From an uncultured Gammaproteobacteria bacterium (lineage in GTDB: Bacteria; Patescibacteriota; Microgenomatia; UBA8517), in the NCBI GenBank assembly GCA_964645605.1, contig CAZYCE010000003.1, forward strand, positions 1 through 55,134: a DNA stretch of 55,134 nucleotides, in the 5' to 3' direction. The translations under genes were made by a program, and so were the position numbers. Below the pieces are notes generated by a model. It searched no databases and was not told the origin of the DNA. It was given only the letters and a program-made list of their open reading frames with translations. Positions 26,733 to 35,427 of this stretch are shown here, one piece after another (position 1 is the stretch's first letter; every line of letters starts with the position of its first letter).

Positions 26733-27141
26733 ATGCTTGCCGAAATTTATTCGGGCGCCGTGAGTGGGCAAACGCAGTATTGGTTGATGTTGAGGTATCC
26801 TCGATTGAAACACAAAAGTTTGTTGATGATAAAAGGAAAAAGTTTATCCATATTCAAAGACGTGTTCAAAAATCCAGAAACATGCGGTTGAAAAGATTAA
26901 TCGAACGGGAATAAAATCAAATGCCGGAATGAGTACGCGGGATGTTAAGAAACACTGCGATTTAGATGAAGATTCTAGATCGATAATGATCAGTGCTGCA
27001 AAGACAACAAACCTTTCAGACAGGATCTATTTTAAAGTGATTAAAATTGCCAGAACCATGGCAGATCTTGCGGGGGAGGAAAAAATCTTAAACACACACA
27101 TTGCCGGGGCGCCTCAATACAGACCAAAAATTCAAGAATAA
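26733..27141 (+). pseudogene. comM: Remnant of ComM/YifB Mg-chelatase-like ATPase
   Basis: MLAEIYSGAV then frameshift to AVLVDVEV; C-terminal S.R...KVIKIARTMADLAG...HI....QYR; central AAA+ domain absent. Confidence 0.75.
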
Positions 27142-27159
27142 TTGATGTAAAATATCCGT

Positions 27160-27612
27160 ATGAAACTTGTAGTACAAAGGGTTGGCAAGGCCAGAGTTTA
27201 TAGAGTTTCTGATGGGGAGGTTTTGGGTGAAATCGAAAAAGGACTTTTTGTTTTGGTTGGTTTTAAAAAAGGGGATTCCGAAAAGGATACGGTCACCCTG
27301 GCCGAAAAACTTTCAAAGCTCCGTGTGGTGTCGGATAGTGACGGGAAGATGAATCTGTCTGTTACCGATACAAAATCAGAAGTCCTTGTAGTTTCCCAAT
27401 TTACTCTTTATGCGGATACAAAAGGAGGCAACAGGCCAAGTTTTATCGAAGCAGAAGAACCAGAGAAAGCAAAAAAGCTTTATGAATTATTTGTAAAAAG
27501 CTTAAAAGAAAAAGGAATTAAAGTTGAAACAGGAAGCTTTGGGGATTATATGCAAATCGAAGCAATAATGGACGGGCCTGTTACGATTTTGATTGATTCT
27601 ATTGACAAATAG
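27160..27612 (+). CDS. dtd: D-aminoacyl-tRNA deacylase
   Basis: MKLVVQRV, KMNLSV, VSQFTL, DGPVT. Confidence 0.96.
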   Translation: MKLVVQRVGKARVYRVSDGEVLGEIEKGLFVLVGFKKGDSEKDTVTLAEKLSKLRVVSDSDGKMNLSVTDTKSEVLVVSQFTLYADTKGGNRPSFIEAEEPEKAKKLYELFVKSLKEKGIKVETGSFGDYMQIEAIMDGPVTILIDSIDK

Positions 27613-27631
27613 TAGTAAGTTACGAGTAGAA

Positions 27632-28208
27632 ATGAAAAATGCGATTATTTTGCATGGAACAGGTTGTACTCCAACTTCTTATTGGCTGGGGGGAATATCA
27701 CTTTATTTAAAGAAAAAAGGTTATGATGTCTGGGCGCCACAACTTCCCGATCCAGATGCACCAGATCTAAAAAAAATGGCTTCCGTTCGTTCTTAAACAG
27801 GGGAAATTTACCAAAAACACTTTGCTTATCGGACATTCGGCTGGTGGTCCTTTGATTTTGTCAATATTGGAAAATATTAATGTCAAGATTGATAAAGCAA
27901 TATTAGTTGCCGGTTTTGGCAGACAACTGAGGGGTGATAGAAAACCACAATTAATTCTACAAAAATCATATGACTGGAAGAAAATCAAAGACCATGTTAA
28001 AGACATTATTTTTATAAATTCTAGCGATGATCCTTGGAAGATAGACCATAAGGAAGGAATGTATTTGTTTGAAAAACTGGGCGGTACATTGATTGTGAGG
28101 GAAGGAGAAGGCCATATGGGTTCAGATTCTTTCAACCAGCCATATAAAAAATTTCCTCTTTTGGAAAAACTCATTGATCTAAAATATTCAAGAGAGTCAA
28201 TTAAATAG
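27632..28208 (+). pseudogene. RBBP9/YdeN-type alpha/beta hydrolase split by a frameshift in an A8 run
   Basis: IILHG...PQLPDP then GHSAG; removing one A at 27769-27776 gives DLKKWLPFVLKQGKFTKNTLLIGHS. Confidence 0.8.
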
Positions 28209-28799
28209 TTTTTCTTCTTTTAAAAACTCTTCCAGTTTTTTCTTTGAAGTGTATTGACGCCCGATAGAAACAAAAAGTTTATTCATTTCTGACCAATACT
28301 TTTTGGGAACAATTTTTACTAATTCTTTTTCTGTTTCCTCTGGAGTTTTTGTATGAACCCAACCCAGGAGATTTGTGATCCTATGAACATGAGTATCAAC
28401 AGCGATAGCAGGCACTCCGAATGCACGATTGAGCACTAAATTTGCAGTCTTTATTCCAACACCTGGTAGAGAAGTAAGATCATTTTGTGTTTTTGGTATT
28501 TCCCCTTTGTATTTTGTGATGACAGTTTTTGCAAGTTCTTTAATGTGTTTAGCTTTTGTTTTATAAAAACCGACGGGGTAAATCAACTTTTCAATCTCTT
28601 TCTCCTTGAGACTATTTAAGGACCCAATATCGGGAGCCTTTCTAAATAAACGTTTTGCCGCAACTAGTGTGGTGTCATCGTTGGTTCTTGAGGACATTAA
28701 GGTTGAAATAAGGGTCTTGTAGGAATCATCGCCAAAAACTTCTAAGGGGATTGGGGTGTAATTTTTTTTAAATACTCTAAATACTTTCTTGAAGTTCAT
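28197..28799 (-). CDS. nth: Endonuclease III (HhH-GPD glycosylase), no FeS-cluster cysteines visible
   Basis: LISTLMSSRT, LPGVGIKTANLV, IAVDTHVHRI. Confidence 0.92.
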   Translation of the reverse strand: MNFKKVFRVFKKNYTPIPLEVFGDDSYKTLISTLMSSRTNDDTTLVAAKRLFRKAPDIGSLNSLKEKEIEKLIYPVGFYKTKAKHIKELAKTVITKYKGEIPKTQNDLTSLPGVGIKTANLVLNRAFGVPAIAVDTHVHRITNLLGWVHTKTPEETEKELVKIVPKKYWSEMNKLFVSIGRQYTSKKKLEEFLKEEKLFN

Positions 28800-28814
28800 A
28801 TTGTTTCCGAACAC

Positions 28815-28844
28815 AAAAGGGGCCGGTCGAACCGGTGCCCTCTT
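28815..28844 (-). terminator. Intrinsic terminator after the small zinc-ribbon gene
   Basis: Minus strand AAGAGGGCACCGGTTCGACCGGCCCCTTTT. Confidence 0.65.
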
Positions 28845-28869
28845 GTTTTTAGATATTCAGAACCGAAAG

Positions 28870-29007
28870 TTATTTGCCTCCGATCTTGAACATGGTTGTG
28901 CCACAAACTTCACAGATAGCCTTAGTGGCCTTTTTACCATTTTTCATGGTAACTTCCTGTGCGTTCTTTCCTTCTCTCTTGGCACGGCACTTTACACAAT
29001 ACATCAT
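28870..29007 (-). CDS. 45-aa zinc-ribbon protein (DUF5679-like), absent from ORF track
   Basis: MMYCVKCRAKREGKNAQEVTMKNGKKATKAICEVCGTTMFKIGGK; SD-like AAAGGGGGTGA upstream. Confidence 0.85.
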   Translation of the reverse strand: MMYCVKCRAKREGKNAQEVTMKNGKKATKAICEVCGTTMFKIGGK

Positions 29008-29062
29008 CGATTCATTCACCCCCTTTCCTCAGGACAGATATTTTCATCTCTGTGGATAAGGT

Positions 29063-29350
29063 TTATTTGACAATAAACTTATTCCGGGCTAAGTATACCA
29101 CTAGCTCTAAGATTAGAACGAGGCTGATAACTATCAAGCTTCGAACGAGATCCTTTTTAATGTAGGCATTAGGCTCAGCTTGTGCCAAAGAATCGGCTCT
29201 TTTGCCATGCCTGATCGAGGCTAATCTATCTGAATACTCAATTTTCGATTCCCCCTTGACAGAGGCTGATTTTGTCTGCTTTGGTTCCCAAGAAACAAGA
29301 AATCCGTAATGGGGATTTCTTTTATTTTTTCGAGATCGGGTAACTGCCAT
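29063..29350 (-). CDS. Hypothetical protein with C-terminal TM helix
   Basis: 95 aa; DLVRSLIVISLVLILELVVY; TACAAT 6 nt upstream. Confidence 0.7.
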   Translation of the reverse strand: MAVTRSRKNKRNPHYGFLVSWEPKQTKSASVKGESKIEYSDRLASIRHGKRADSLAQAEPNAYIKKDLVRSLIVISLVLILELVVYLARNKFIVK

Positions 29351-29355
29351 GCTCC

Positions 29356-29390
29356 AATTGTAAATTGTAAATCATAAATTGTAAATTTTT
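29356..29390. repeat. Five tandem heptamers (AATTGTA consensus)
   Basis: AATTGTA AATTGTA AATCATA AATTGTA AATTTTT. Confidence 0.85.
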
Positions 29391-29450
29391 TCGTTCTCCT
29401 TGACACCCCCTTTTCCAGATGTAAAAATGCTAAAAGTCGGAGCTCTGGTT

Positions 29451-29909
29451 ATGGAAAATTTAAGTTTATACATATTCGTAATAATGGGAATTTGGCTTTT
29501 AACCCTGAGCTTTTTCTTGTATCGTTTTTTTGCTCTATATAAAAAATTAACCCAGGGTATTGGCTTGGGAGATCTTAAAAAAATATTGGAAAAAATTCTT
29601 GCAAGGGGGGACATGAATACAGTAGATATTAAAAAGATTACTGCAAGACTTGATGCTATCGAGGAAAAAGATAAGCGTCATATTCAAAAAGTCGGACTGA
29701 TTCGGTTTAATCCTTTTAGTGAACTCGGGGGGGACCATAGTTTTTGTTTGGCAATTTTGGATGACAGAGATACGGGAGTTGTAATTACCGGTCTGCACGC
29801 AAGGGAAAGAACCAGGATTTATATGAAAGATATTAAAAATGGCAAAAGTAGCCTTGAGCTTTCTACTGAGGAGAAGAAGGCTGTAGTCGGTGCCCAAAAG
29901 AGTAAATAG
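29451..29909 (+). CDS. DUF4446-family protein
   Basis: N-terminal TM; IQKVGLIRFNPFSELGGDHSFCLAILD...G...LS.EEK. Confidence 0.85.
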   Translation: MENLSLYIFVIMGIWLLTLSFFLYRFFALYKKLTQGIGLGDLKKILEKILARGDMNTVDIKKITARLDAIEEKDKRHIQKVGLIRFNPFSELGGDHSFCLAILDDRDTGVVITGLHARERTRIYMKDIKNGKSSLELSTEEKKAVVGAQKSK

Positions 29910-29945
29910 ATGATACAATAAAAAATAAGTTCTCTTTTATATTTT

Positions 29946-31187
29946 ATGGAAAAGACAGGTTTTAAAAAATTATTTAGTTCCAGGAAGTCCGTCATAATTG
30001 CCAGTTTTATCGGACTTTTTTTAATCTCGACCGGAATATCACTTGCCGTCTTTAATTATGTTTTACCCCAAGATGCCTCATCTTTTTTTTCACGGATAAA
30101 CAAAAAAACAAAAATTAACGCAAACCTTCCTAGAACAGAGGAGTGTCCTATAAACGGAGCCATGTATACCAAAGCGGAGAGTGATGTTTGGAATTCCAGG
30201 CGTCCCATAACTGCCATGATTGAAAATCATGTTGATGCCAGGCCTGGGTCGGGATTGTCCCGTGCGGATGTTGTTTACGAAGCAGTTGCCGAGGGCGGAA
30301 TTACAAGATTTATGTCTGTATTTTATTGTGGAGCCTCGGCTGAGGACGTCTTAGCAGCTCCAATCAGAAGTGCCAGAGTTTACTTTATAAATTTAGCGGC
30401 CGGATATGGCAAAGACCCCATTTTCCTTCATCAAGGCGGGGCCAATAATATTTGCAGCACTTGTCCAGGCGGAGTTAAACCCAAATCTCAAATTGATCCG
30501 ACCGTTAATACAATAACTTTACTTGAAAAATTAGGTTGGGGAGGCGGACCTGACGGAAATAACTTTGACGGTGGATACAACATCGGCTATCCAATAGTTG
30601 TCAGAAATCAATACAGATTGGATTCGAACAACCCCTCGGCTTGGGAACACGCAGTTGTTGCCGATCTCAATGAAGTTTGGAAAGAGGCAGAAAAACGCGG
30701 CTATAACTACAAAGACGATAGCGGTACTCCTTGGACGGAAGGGTTTAAAAAATGGTTATTCCAAGACGGAAAAGCATCCACCACCCCAACCGCAGCTGAT
30801 ATCAAATTCAATTTCTGGGACAGCATGCCGGGATACAATGTCGAGTGGAAATATGATAGCAGCACAAACACATACAAAAGATTCAATGGCGGCACTGCCC
30901 ATATCGACTGGGAGTTTGACAAGCCTCAACTTTCTGCAACAAATGTAGCTATAATGTTTGTTGATGAAAAAGGACCCGTAGATAGCGAACTTCATATGTT
31001 TTATAAAGATACGGGGTCGGGGGACGCTCTGATTTTCCAAAATGGTGAAGTAATTCAGGGAACTTGGGAAAAGGCTGTGGCGCTTGACAGGGAAGTTTTT
31101 TATGATACAAATGGAGATGAGGTGAAAATGGTTAGGGGCGTTACTTGGATTGAGCTTGTTCCCTCTACCAACAAGGTTTCGTACTAA
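29946..31187 (+). CDS. DUF3048-family membrane-anchored exported protein
   Basis: RPITAMIENHVDARP.SGLS.ADVVYEAVAEGGITRF, PIRSAR. Confidence 0.88.
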   Translation: MEKTGFKKLFSSRKSVIIASFIGLFLISTGISLAVFNYVLPQDASSFFSRINKKTKINANLPRTEECPINGAMYTKAESDVWNSRRPITAMIENHVDARPGSGLSRADVVYEAVAEGGITRFMSVFYCGASAEDVLAAPIRSARVYFINLAAGYGKDPIFLHQGGANNICSTCPGGVKPKSQIDPTVNTITLLEKLGWGGGPDGNNFDGGYNIGYPIVVRNQYRLDSNNPSAWEHAVVADLNEVWKEAEKRGYNYKDDSGTPWTEGFKKWLFQDGKASTTPTAADIKFNFWDSMPGYNVEWKYDSSTNTYKRFNGGTAHIDWEFDKPQLSATNVAIMFVDEKGPVDSELHMFYKDTGSGDALIFQNGEVIQGTWEKAVALDREVFYDTNGDEVKMVRGVTWIELVPSTNKVSY

Positions 31188-31207
31188 ATTCCTGCTCCAA
31201 AAAATAG

Positions 31208-31792
31208 ATGGCAAGTCTAGCTGACATAATTACTTCAAAAGTAAGAATAAAAATTTTGGAATTATTTTTCTCCAATCTTAAGGAGGTTTATCATGTCCGA
31301 GGCATTGTCAGAGAAACCGATGAAGAAATAAATGCAGTAAGACGTGAACTTGCAAAATTGGAAAAAAACGGCGTTTTAAAAAAGGAACCGAGAGGGAACA
31401 GAATTTATTATTCAATAAGGCCGGAATACCCGTTTTTTGGGGATCTTGTTTCATTAGTTTCAAAAACAACAGGTTTGGGTAAAGTGTTGATTGAAAACAA
31501 AAGTAAGATCGGCAGAGTATCTTTTGTTATGTTCTCCGGAAAATTTGTCAGACACAAGGAGCATAAAAGAGATGATGATGTAGATATTTTGGTGGTTGGG
31601 GAAGTGGTCCTCCCGGAGTTGGCATCAATCATAAGGACCGAGGAGGCAACTCGGGGGGAGGAAATCAATTACACGGCCATGACTCGGGAGGAATTTGATT
31701 TTAGGAAAAAGAGGCGTGACCCGTTTCTTCTTGGAATTCTGTCCGGTAGTCGGGTGATGATAATAGGTGATGAGGAAGACCTCGTAGGGTGA
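31208..31792 (+). CDS. Winged-helix plus nucleotidyltransferase-like protein
   Basis: SKVRIKILELF...VRRELAKLE.GVL N-terminus; DVDILVVG, EINYT C-terminus. Confidence 0.75.
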   Translation: MASLADIITSKVRIKILELFFSNLKEVYHVRGIVRETDEEINAVRRELAKLEKNGVLKKEPRGNRIYYSIRPEYPFFGDLVSLVSKTTGLGKVLIENKSKIGRVSFVMFSGKFVRHKEHKRDDDVDILVVGEVVLPELASIIRTEEATRGEEINYTAMTREEFDFRKKRRDPFLLGILSGSRVMIIGDEEDLVG

Positions 31793-31810
31793 GGATAACC
31801 TCTTAGGATA

Positions 31811-33142
31811 ATGACTCCCGTTAAAAAATTTACACTAATAGTAGTTCTGACTTTGGTTGCAACTTATATAAGCTTACCCCAGAGATTTAGTTTGTTTGGT
31901 AAAGAGATTACCCGACCGGATCTGAATATCAATATCGGTAAAATTTCTATTCAGAGAGACTTCAAAATACATCTTGGTTTGGATTTGGCCGGAGGCAGTC
32001 AGCTTACGTTTGAGGCGGACATGGATAAAATTCAAAGTGAACAAAAGGCCGACGCACTAACCGGGGTAAGGAATATCATTGAAAATAGGGTGAATCTGTT
32101 TGGCCTTTCGGAGTCGAGCGTCCAAACCTCCAAATTTGAAGGAAAAGACCGAATAATTGTGGAGCTTCCGGGAATAAGCGATACTCAAGCTGCGATTGAT
32201 TTGATCGGAAAAACCGCTCAGTTAATTTTTGCGGAGGTTGATGTGGCAACTCCCTCCGGAGTCGCCACTCCTTCAGCAACGCTTGTGCCGACGGATTTAA
32301 CCGGGGCAGACCTCAAAAGTGCCCAGGTTGTTTTTGATAAAAATACAGGAAAGCCTGCAATTTCTCTTCAATTTACGGAGGAAGGAGGTAAAAAGTTTGC
32401 CGAAATTACGGGAAGAAACATCGGGAATCAAATCCCAATCATTCTTGATAATCAATGGATTTCCGCTCCTACTGTTAATGAACAAATAATCGGCGGAAAT
32501 GCTGAAATATCCGGGAGTTTTACAGTCGAAGAAGCAAAGCAGCTCGCAATTCAACTTAACGCCGGAGCACTCCCCGTTCCTATACATCTGATCGAGCAAA
32601 AAACAATTGAGGCGACACTCGGGGCCGAGTCGGTACGGCAAAGTATACTGGCAGGGGCAGTGGGACTTTTGATGGTAGGCCTTTTTATGGTTTTGTCATA
32701 CGGAAAATTCGGGTTAATTGCAGACGCCGGACTCTTAGTCTTTTCAATGGTTTCATTAGCTCTTTATAAAATAATCCCGATTACTCTAACCTTGCCGGGA
32801 ATTGCTGGATTTATGCTTACAATTGGTATGGCGGTTGATAGTAATATTTTGATATTTGAAAGGTTCAAAGAGGAAAAACTTAAAAGAAACATACCGGATG
32901 CTTTGGAGGTTTCTTTCGGAAGGGCTTGGGATTCTATAAGAGACGCCAATGTTGCGACAATAATTACATCGCTAATTCTTATGAACCCGCTTGATTGGTC
33001 ATTTCTTCCTTCGTCCGGTCCTGTCAGAGGATTTGCCATCACTCTTTTGATGGGGGTAATTTTAAGCCTATTTACCGGAATTTATGTTAGCCGGAATTTA
33101 CTAAGAATTTTTATAAAAGAAAAAAAGGAGGTTAAAAAATGA
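31811..33142 (+). CDS. secD: Protein translocase subunit SecD
   Basis: LGLDLAGG, LNAGALP, GMAVDSNILIFER. Confidence 0.97.
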   Translation: MTPVKKFTLIVVLTLVATYISLPQRFSLFGKEITRPDLNINIGKISIQRDFKIHLGLDLAGGSQLTFEADMDKIQSEQKADALTGVRNIIENRVNLFGLSESSVQTSKFEGKDRIIVELPGISDTQAAIDLIGKTAQLIFAEVDVATPSGVATPSATLVPTDLTGADLKSAQVVFDKNTGKPAISLQFTEEGGKKFAEITGRNIGNQIPIILDNQWISAPTVNEQIIGGNAEISGSFTVEEAKQLAIQLNAGALPVPIHLIEQKTIEATLGAESVRQSILAGAVGLLMVGLFMVLSYGKFGLIADAGLLVFSMVSLALYKIIPITLTLPGIAGFMLTIGMAVDSNILIFERFKEEKLKRNIPDALEVSFGRAWDSIRDANVATIITSLILMNPLDWSFLPSSGPVRGFAITLLMGVILSLFTGIYVSRNLLRIFIKEKKEVKK

Positions 33143-33936
33143 ACTGGATGAAATACCGCTGGCTATATTTACTGATTTCGGGAATATTGATCATTTCTGG
33201 AATCTTTTCTATGATTAGGTGGGGATTTCAAATCGGAATAGATTTTACCGGCGGAAGTCTTTTGGAATACAGACTTCCCGACGGGAGTGTAAAAACTTTT
33301 AAAGAAAAATCCATTGATCAAACTAAAAAAGGAGAAATCAAGGCAAATCTTGAAAAAGAAGTAGGGGGAACCGTTACTGAGATAAGATTTGAGGATGTGG
33401 GTCCGACGGTCGGGCCGGAGACTTTAAAAAGGACAATCTACGCACTACTTATCTCTACATGCGCAATACTTTTATGGATTGCCTACCAATTTAAAAATTA
33501 TAAATTTGGTATTTCTGCCACTTTGGCAACATTACATGACAGTCTGATTTTGATCGGGAGTTTTTCAATCCTGGGTCACTTTTTTGGTGCAGAAGTTGAT
33601 TTCCTTTTCGTGACTGCACTTCTTACCATTCTTTCATTCTCGGTTCACGATACAATAGTTGTGTTTGACAGAATCAGGGAAATGCGCAAAAAAGATAGCC
33701 GCAGGATTTCGGAATTGGCGGACGCTGCAATCAGCGAGACCATGGTAAGATCAGTTAACAATTCATTCACAATAATTTTCATGCTTCTGGCTCTCATTCT
33801 TTTGGGAGGAGACACAATCAGGTGGTTTGCTGTGGCGCTTCTTATCGGTACGGTTTCGGGGACCTATTCATCACCGTTTGTTGCGGTATCAATTTTGGTC
33901 ACCTGGGATGAAATTGAAAAACGTCTTAAGAAATAA
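33139..33936 (+). CDS. secF: Protein translocase subunit SecF
   Basis: GIDFTGG, VGPTVG, FSVHDTIVVFDRIRE, GTYSS. Confidence 0.97.
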   Translation: MNWMKYRWLYLLISGILIISGIFSMIRWGFQIGIDFTGGSLLEYRLPDGSVKTFKEKSIDQTKKGEIKANLEKEVGGTVTEIRFEDVGPTVGPETLKRTIYALLISTCAILLWIAYQFKNYKFGISATLATLHDSLILIGSFSILGHFFGAEVDFLFVTALLTILSFSVHDTIVVFDRIREMRKKDSRRISELADAAISETMVRSVNNSFTIIFMLLALILLGGDTIRWFAVALLIGTVSGTYSSPFVAVSILVTWDEIEKRLKK

Positions 33937-34435
33937 TAAATCTTTTTTCAAGATCTTTTTGACTCTTCTGGTTGTTGCTTTTATTTTGACTTTATATCAA
34001 AAATTTTCAGGTGTTGTTGTCAAAATTCCGGCATCTCCTGCACCGACACCGCAAGCCATCACGGGAATTGTAGCCAAAGTTATAGATGGCGATTCGGTAA
34101 TTCTCTCAACCGATGAACAAGTCCGATATATTGGTGTGGATACTCCCGAAATTCAAACAGGTGAATGTTACGCAGCCGAGGCGGCAAAAGCAAATTCGGA
34201 TTTGGTTTTGGGTAAGACAGCAAGCCTTGTCAGAGATATCTCCGAAACCGACAAATACGGCAGATCTCTTTATTATGTGTATATTGGGGACATTTTTGTT
34301 AATGATTATTTGCTCAAGAATGGATTCGCAAAAGTTATGACGGTTCCTCCTGATACTAAATTTGAAGATGGATTTGTGAGTTCAGAGGCATATGCCAAAG
34401 AGGATTCACTGGGTCTTTGGGGTAAATGTTACTAG
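33908..34435 (+). CDS. Thermonuclease (SNase) family protein, membrane-anchored
   Basis: VIDGDS, VRYIGVDTPE, DKYGR, GLWG; start set to ATG 33908. Confidence 0.9.
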   Translation: MKLKNVLRNNKSFFKIFLTLLVVAFILTLYQKFSGVVVKIPASPAPTPQAITGIVAKVIDGDSVILSTDEQVRYIGVDTPEIQTGECYAAEAAKANSDLVLGKTASLVRDISETDKYGRSLYYVYIGDIFVNDYLLKNGFAKVMTVPPDTKFEDGFVSSEAYAKEDSLGLWGKCY

Positions 34436-34444
34436 AATATAAAT

Positions 34445-35050
34445 ATGTTTACTTTTTTCAAAAAAACAAATATCGGCTGGATGGGGAATGAACCAACAAA
34501 ATTTGTAACAGAATGTTTTGAAAAAGGATATCTGAAACCAGGTATAAAAATTCTTGATGTCGGCTCCGGGTTTGGCAGAAATGCAAATTGGCTTGCGGCA
34601 AAGGGTCTGTCGGTTAGCGCGGTGAATATAAATAAGTCCGAGATAAAAGAAGCTAAAAAATCCGCCGGTAAACTGGGCGTCTCTGTTAAATATATTAAAG
34701 CTGATGCCGTAAAGCTTCCTTTTCCGGACGAGGAATATGATGCCGTATTGGATTTAGGTTGCTCACATATGCTTTCAAAAGAGCGCCAAGTTCTGGCTGA
34801 AAAAGAAATCGCGAGGGTTCTAAAACCAGGAGGATATTTAATATATTTTGGATTTTCCAAAAAACACCCCGTTTATAAGTTTAAACCGGAAAGTCCCCAA
34901 TTCAGGGACCTCAGTAATGTCAAAACAACTTACGGTAATGATTTTGAAATTATTACGTCGGAAGAAATTTCTTGGGAACCGAATCCATCAGAAAAAGCTA
35001 ATTTTTCAAGGCATGTGGGGCTAAATATTGTTATGAGGAAGATAGGGTAG
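34445..35050 (+). CDS. Class I SAM-dependent methyltransferase
   Basis: ILDVGSGFGRN, DAVKLPF, LKPGG. Confidence 0.9.
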   Translation: MFTFFKKTNIGWMGNEPTKFVTECFEKGYLKPGIKILDVGSGFGRNANWLAAKGLSVSAVNINKSEIKEAKKSAGKLGVSVKYIKADAVKLPFPDEEYDAVLDLGCSHMLSKERQVLAEKEIARVLKPGGYLIYFGFSKKHPVYKFKPESPQFRDLSNVKTTYGNDFEIITSEEISWEPNPSEKANFSRHVGLNIVMRKIG

Positions 35051-35426
35051 GTTTTTTAATTTCACAAATAATTTTTTGTTGTACTTCTTTTGAAACTCCC
35101 AATGATCTTTCACGCCCTCTTGCATAATGTTTGCCGAATTCCGGATTTGTAGATGTTAACCCGGCGAATTTCACAGGATGCTCGTATCTGGGTCCGAAAT
35201 GCCAATGAATATGCGGACTTGGGGGATCGTTTTGATAAGTCAAGTTTATCAAACATGTCCAATCACTCTTCATTTTTAAGTTCGGCCAGATCCTTGCAAT
35301 GCTTTTTCAAAGTGACGTAGGACCTGTCAAAGATAAGCTTGATCATTTGCCAAATTTACTATCCAATTCCTGTTTTAAAATGGAATTGTCACCCTCTTTT
35401 GTGAATTTACAGATAGCGCATTCCAT
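35031..35426 (-). pseudogene. Decayed HIT-family protein gene
   Basis: Segments MECAICK, NWIVNLANDQAYL, RSYVTLKKHCKDL.EL..EE*LD, PHIHWHF.PRY in different frames. Confidence 0.7.
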
Positions 35427-35427
35427 A

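Noticed and set aside
29051-29059. Perfect DnaA box (TTATCCACA on minus strand)
   Set aside because: Only one copy noticed; no cluster and no dnaA/dnaN nearby, so no support for oriC
35262-35264. TGA at an expected Trp position in the HIT remnant as evidence of stop-codon reassignment
   Set aside because: The same gene has frameshifts, and TGA terminates intact genes here (infA, recJ, aspS); standard code 11 fits
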